DNA of 24,000 nucleotides, from the NCBI GenBank assembly GCA_016193005.1, contig JACPTA010000048.1:5791-29790 (forward strand), in the 5' to 3' direction. Shown here piece after piece: positions 22,647-24,000 of the stretch (its first letter is position 1; each line of letters begins with the position of its first letter). The notes under the pieces were generated by a model. That model ran no database searches, had not been told where the DNA came from, and worked only from the letters and a program-made list of their open reading frames with translations. The stretch comes from Nitrososphaerota archaeon (GTDB lineage: Archaea > Thermoproteota > Nitrososphaeria > Nitrososphaerales > Gagatemarchaeaceae). The position numbers were made by a program, and so were the translations under genes.

Positions 22647-23368
22647 CTGTTCGGCGTCACTCCAATAATCGGCTTGTCGGTCCCAACCGGTAGAATCAGT
22701 CGGGAAGGAAGCTCCGTCTCTCCCCCGGGCAGGGAAATCTCGACCATCCTCTCCCTAGTTATAGAACCCTTCTTGACTTCGATGATCTTGCCGAGTTGAC
22801 CTGCTCTCTCCCCAGAGATCACGAGCCCTAGCGACCCTTTTGCCAGCTTGAAGCTGACCACGACGCTCTGCTCCGGTACTCTGAGAACGACGGTGTCGCC
22901 TGGCGAGAGATTGAGTGAATCACTCAGCAGAGACCTGCCGTCGTGAAGACCGTACTGGATCACTCCGCCTTTAACTTTCAACTTCCGCCTGATACTGCAG
23001 AGCTTCAGCTTCGCCTCCTCTCCGCTTACCTTCGTGACCTTCAGTCCGTCTGGTGATGGGATGAATCTGTAGGCCTGTTTCTCCTTAGGTACCTCGACGA
23101 CGTTGAACAGACCCACGGGGAAGGAGGGTGAGTGCCTGACCCTCCCGTCGACCAGCACTTCGCCGAGAGTGAGCACGTGTCTGACCTCGCGGGCATCTTT
23201 CACCATCCCGAGGATATCTCTGATCACGAGCCCGAGAGGGTAGGAGTACGCGGTCGCGTAGGGACCCGGCGAGGGCTTCCACGCGAACCTTGCCCCCTTT
23301 CTTCCGATGTCCCACTGCCTCGGCGCCGAGAGCCTCTTCATCCTGTTGCTGCCGCCCTTCTTCGCCAT
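22643..23368 (-). CDS. rps4e: 30S ribosomal protein S4e (eS4)
   Basis: GGSNRMKRLSAPRQWDIGRKGARFAWKPSPGPY is the typical N-terminus. 241 aa. Confidence 0.93.
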   Translation of the reverse strand: MAKKGGSNRMKRLSAPRQWDIGRKGARFAWKPSPGPYATAYSYPLGLVIRDILGMVKDAREVRHVLTLGEVLVDGRVRHSPSFPVGLFNVVEVPKEKQAYRFIPSPDGLKVTKVSGEEAKLKLCSIRRKLKVKGGVIQYGLHDGRSLLSDSLNLSPGDTVVLRVPEQSVVVSFKLAKGSLGLVISGERAGQLGKIIEVKKGSITRERMVEISLPGGETELPSRLILPVGTDKPIIGVTPNR

Positions 23369-23374
23369 CTGCTC

Positions 23375-23674
23375 TCACTCGGCCTCCAACTTCTTCTTCC
23401 TCAGCTTGTCGTCAACAATTGTGATTGTGAGAACGACCTTCGAAGAATCGATTGGAACGTTGGCTGTCTTACCTCCCTTGATCTTCTCTCTCGTGACCCC
23501 CTCAACGTTGAGTTTTCCGTTCTCTCCGTCGACCTTTGTAACTTTCCCTTCGATTCCCTTGTACTCGCCTCGTACGATCTTCACCGAATCACCAACTCTC
23601 GGGCGCAGCGAGCGCCTCTTGTACTTCTGGCGAAGGTCCTCTGAAAGGGTTGAGCCGAACTTCATTGCGATCAT
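23375..23674 (-). CDS. rpl24: 50S ribosomal protein L24 (uL24)
   Basis: It has the KOW motif region RPRVGDSVKIVRGEYKGIEGKVTKVD. It occupies the conserved position between L14 and S4e. Confidence 0.9.
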   Translation of the reverse strand: MIAMKFGSTLSEDLRQKYKRRSLRPRVGDSVKIVRGEYKGIEGKVTKVDGENGKLNVEGVTREKIKGGKTANVPIDSSKVVLTITIVDDKLRKKKLEAE

Positions 23675-24000
23675 CTAGACTATTATCGACGCGAGGTTGG
23701 CTATCCTCGGCCAACGCTCTGCCGCCTCGCCCGCTACTGGCCCCTTGATATCGGTACCCTTCAGCTCTCCCTCAGGAGTAACTAGCACAGCCGCATTGTC
23801 CTCGAAGGAGATGCGCAGTCCGCTCAGTCTCCTGACGGGGTACTTTTGACGAATGATCACTGCTCCGAAGGTCTGCTTCCTGAGGTCTGGGGGCCCCCTC
23901 TTGACCACGCACACCACATGGTCGCCGACGGACGCGGCGGGGACCCTCTTCAGCCTGCTCTTGGCCCTTGTGACCTGAATTACCCTGAGAGTCTTGGCTC
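23675..24000 (-). CDS. rpl14: 50S ribosomal protein L14 (uL14), C-terminal part; the gene continues beyond the right window edge
   Basis: The frame is open to the window end. GDHVVCVVKRGPPDLRKQTFGAVIIRQK and DNAAVLVTPEGELKGTDIKGPVAGEAAERWPRIANLASIIV are uL14-like. Confidence 0.88.
   Translation of the reverse strand, partial: AKTLRVIQVTRAKSRLKRVPAASVGDHVVCVVKRGPPDLRKQTFGAVIIRQKYPVRRLSGLRISFEDNAAVLVTPEGELKGTDIKGPVAGEAAERWPRIANLASIIV

Noticed and set aside
1-24000. A scan for CRISPR arrays, tandem repeat arrays, rRNA genes, transposases/integrases and recognisable defence or toxin-antitoxin modules.
   Set aside because: I found no regularly spaced direct repeats and no such genes. Apart from the endonuclease cassette, the window is dense housekeeping coding sequence.

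Overview
This is an archaeal chromosomal window, roughly 55-60% G+C judging from sampled stretches. The right half (14.0-24.0 kb, minus strand) is the conserved ribosomal-protein, SecY and Adk cluster. Its order is L14 (partial), L24, S4e, L5, S14, S8, L6, L32e, L19e, L18, S5, L30, L15, SecY, AdkA, DUF106/YidC-like, Cmk, Cbf5. The left half holds an rps13-rps4-rps11 operon. It also carries housekeeping genes: glmS, deoxyhypusine synthase, a PAC2 proteasome chaperone, Hsp20, a 2-hydroxyacid dehydrogenase, a lone CoxL-like molybdoenzyme large subunit, and purA. A tRNA-Ser(GGA) is present, and rpoD runs off the left edge on the opposite strand. The most unusual feature is a ~1 kb, A/T-richer cassette at about 1956-2967. 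It encodes a single-motif LAGLIDADG homing endonuclease plus a tightly coupled small HTH ORF. It sits inside the first 13-14 codons of the essential rps11 gene. The original 5' end is left orphaned directly after rps4. A synonymously recoded replacement 5' end with a TTG start is fused to the rest of rps11. Secondary observations follow. An 18-bp perfect palindrome lies between a wHTH regulator and glmS. A tRNA 3'-end fragment lies back to back with tRNA-Ser across a palindromic TATA element. A ~290-bp stretch with no assigned gene lies after tRNA-Ser. TTG is the inferred start of 12 of 33 genes, including many ribosomal proteins. The canonical S11-RpoD synteny is broken. I saw no CRISPR array, rRNA gene, transposase or recognisable defence genes.
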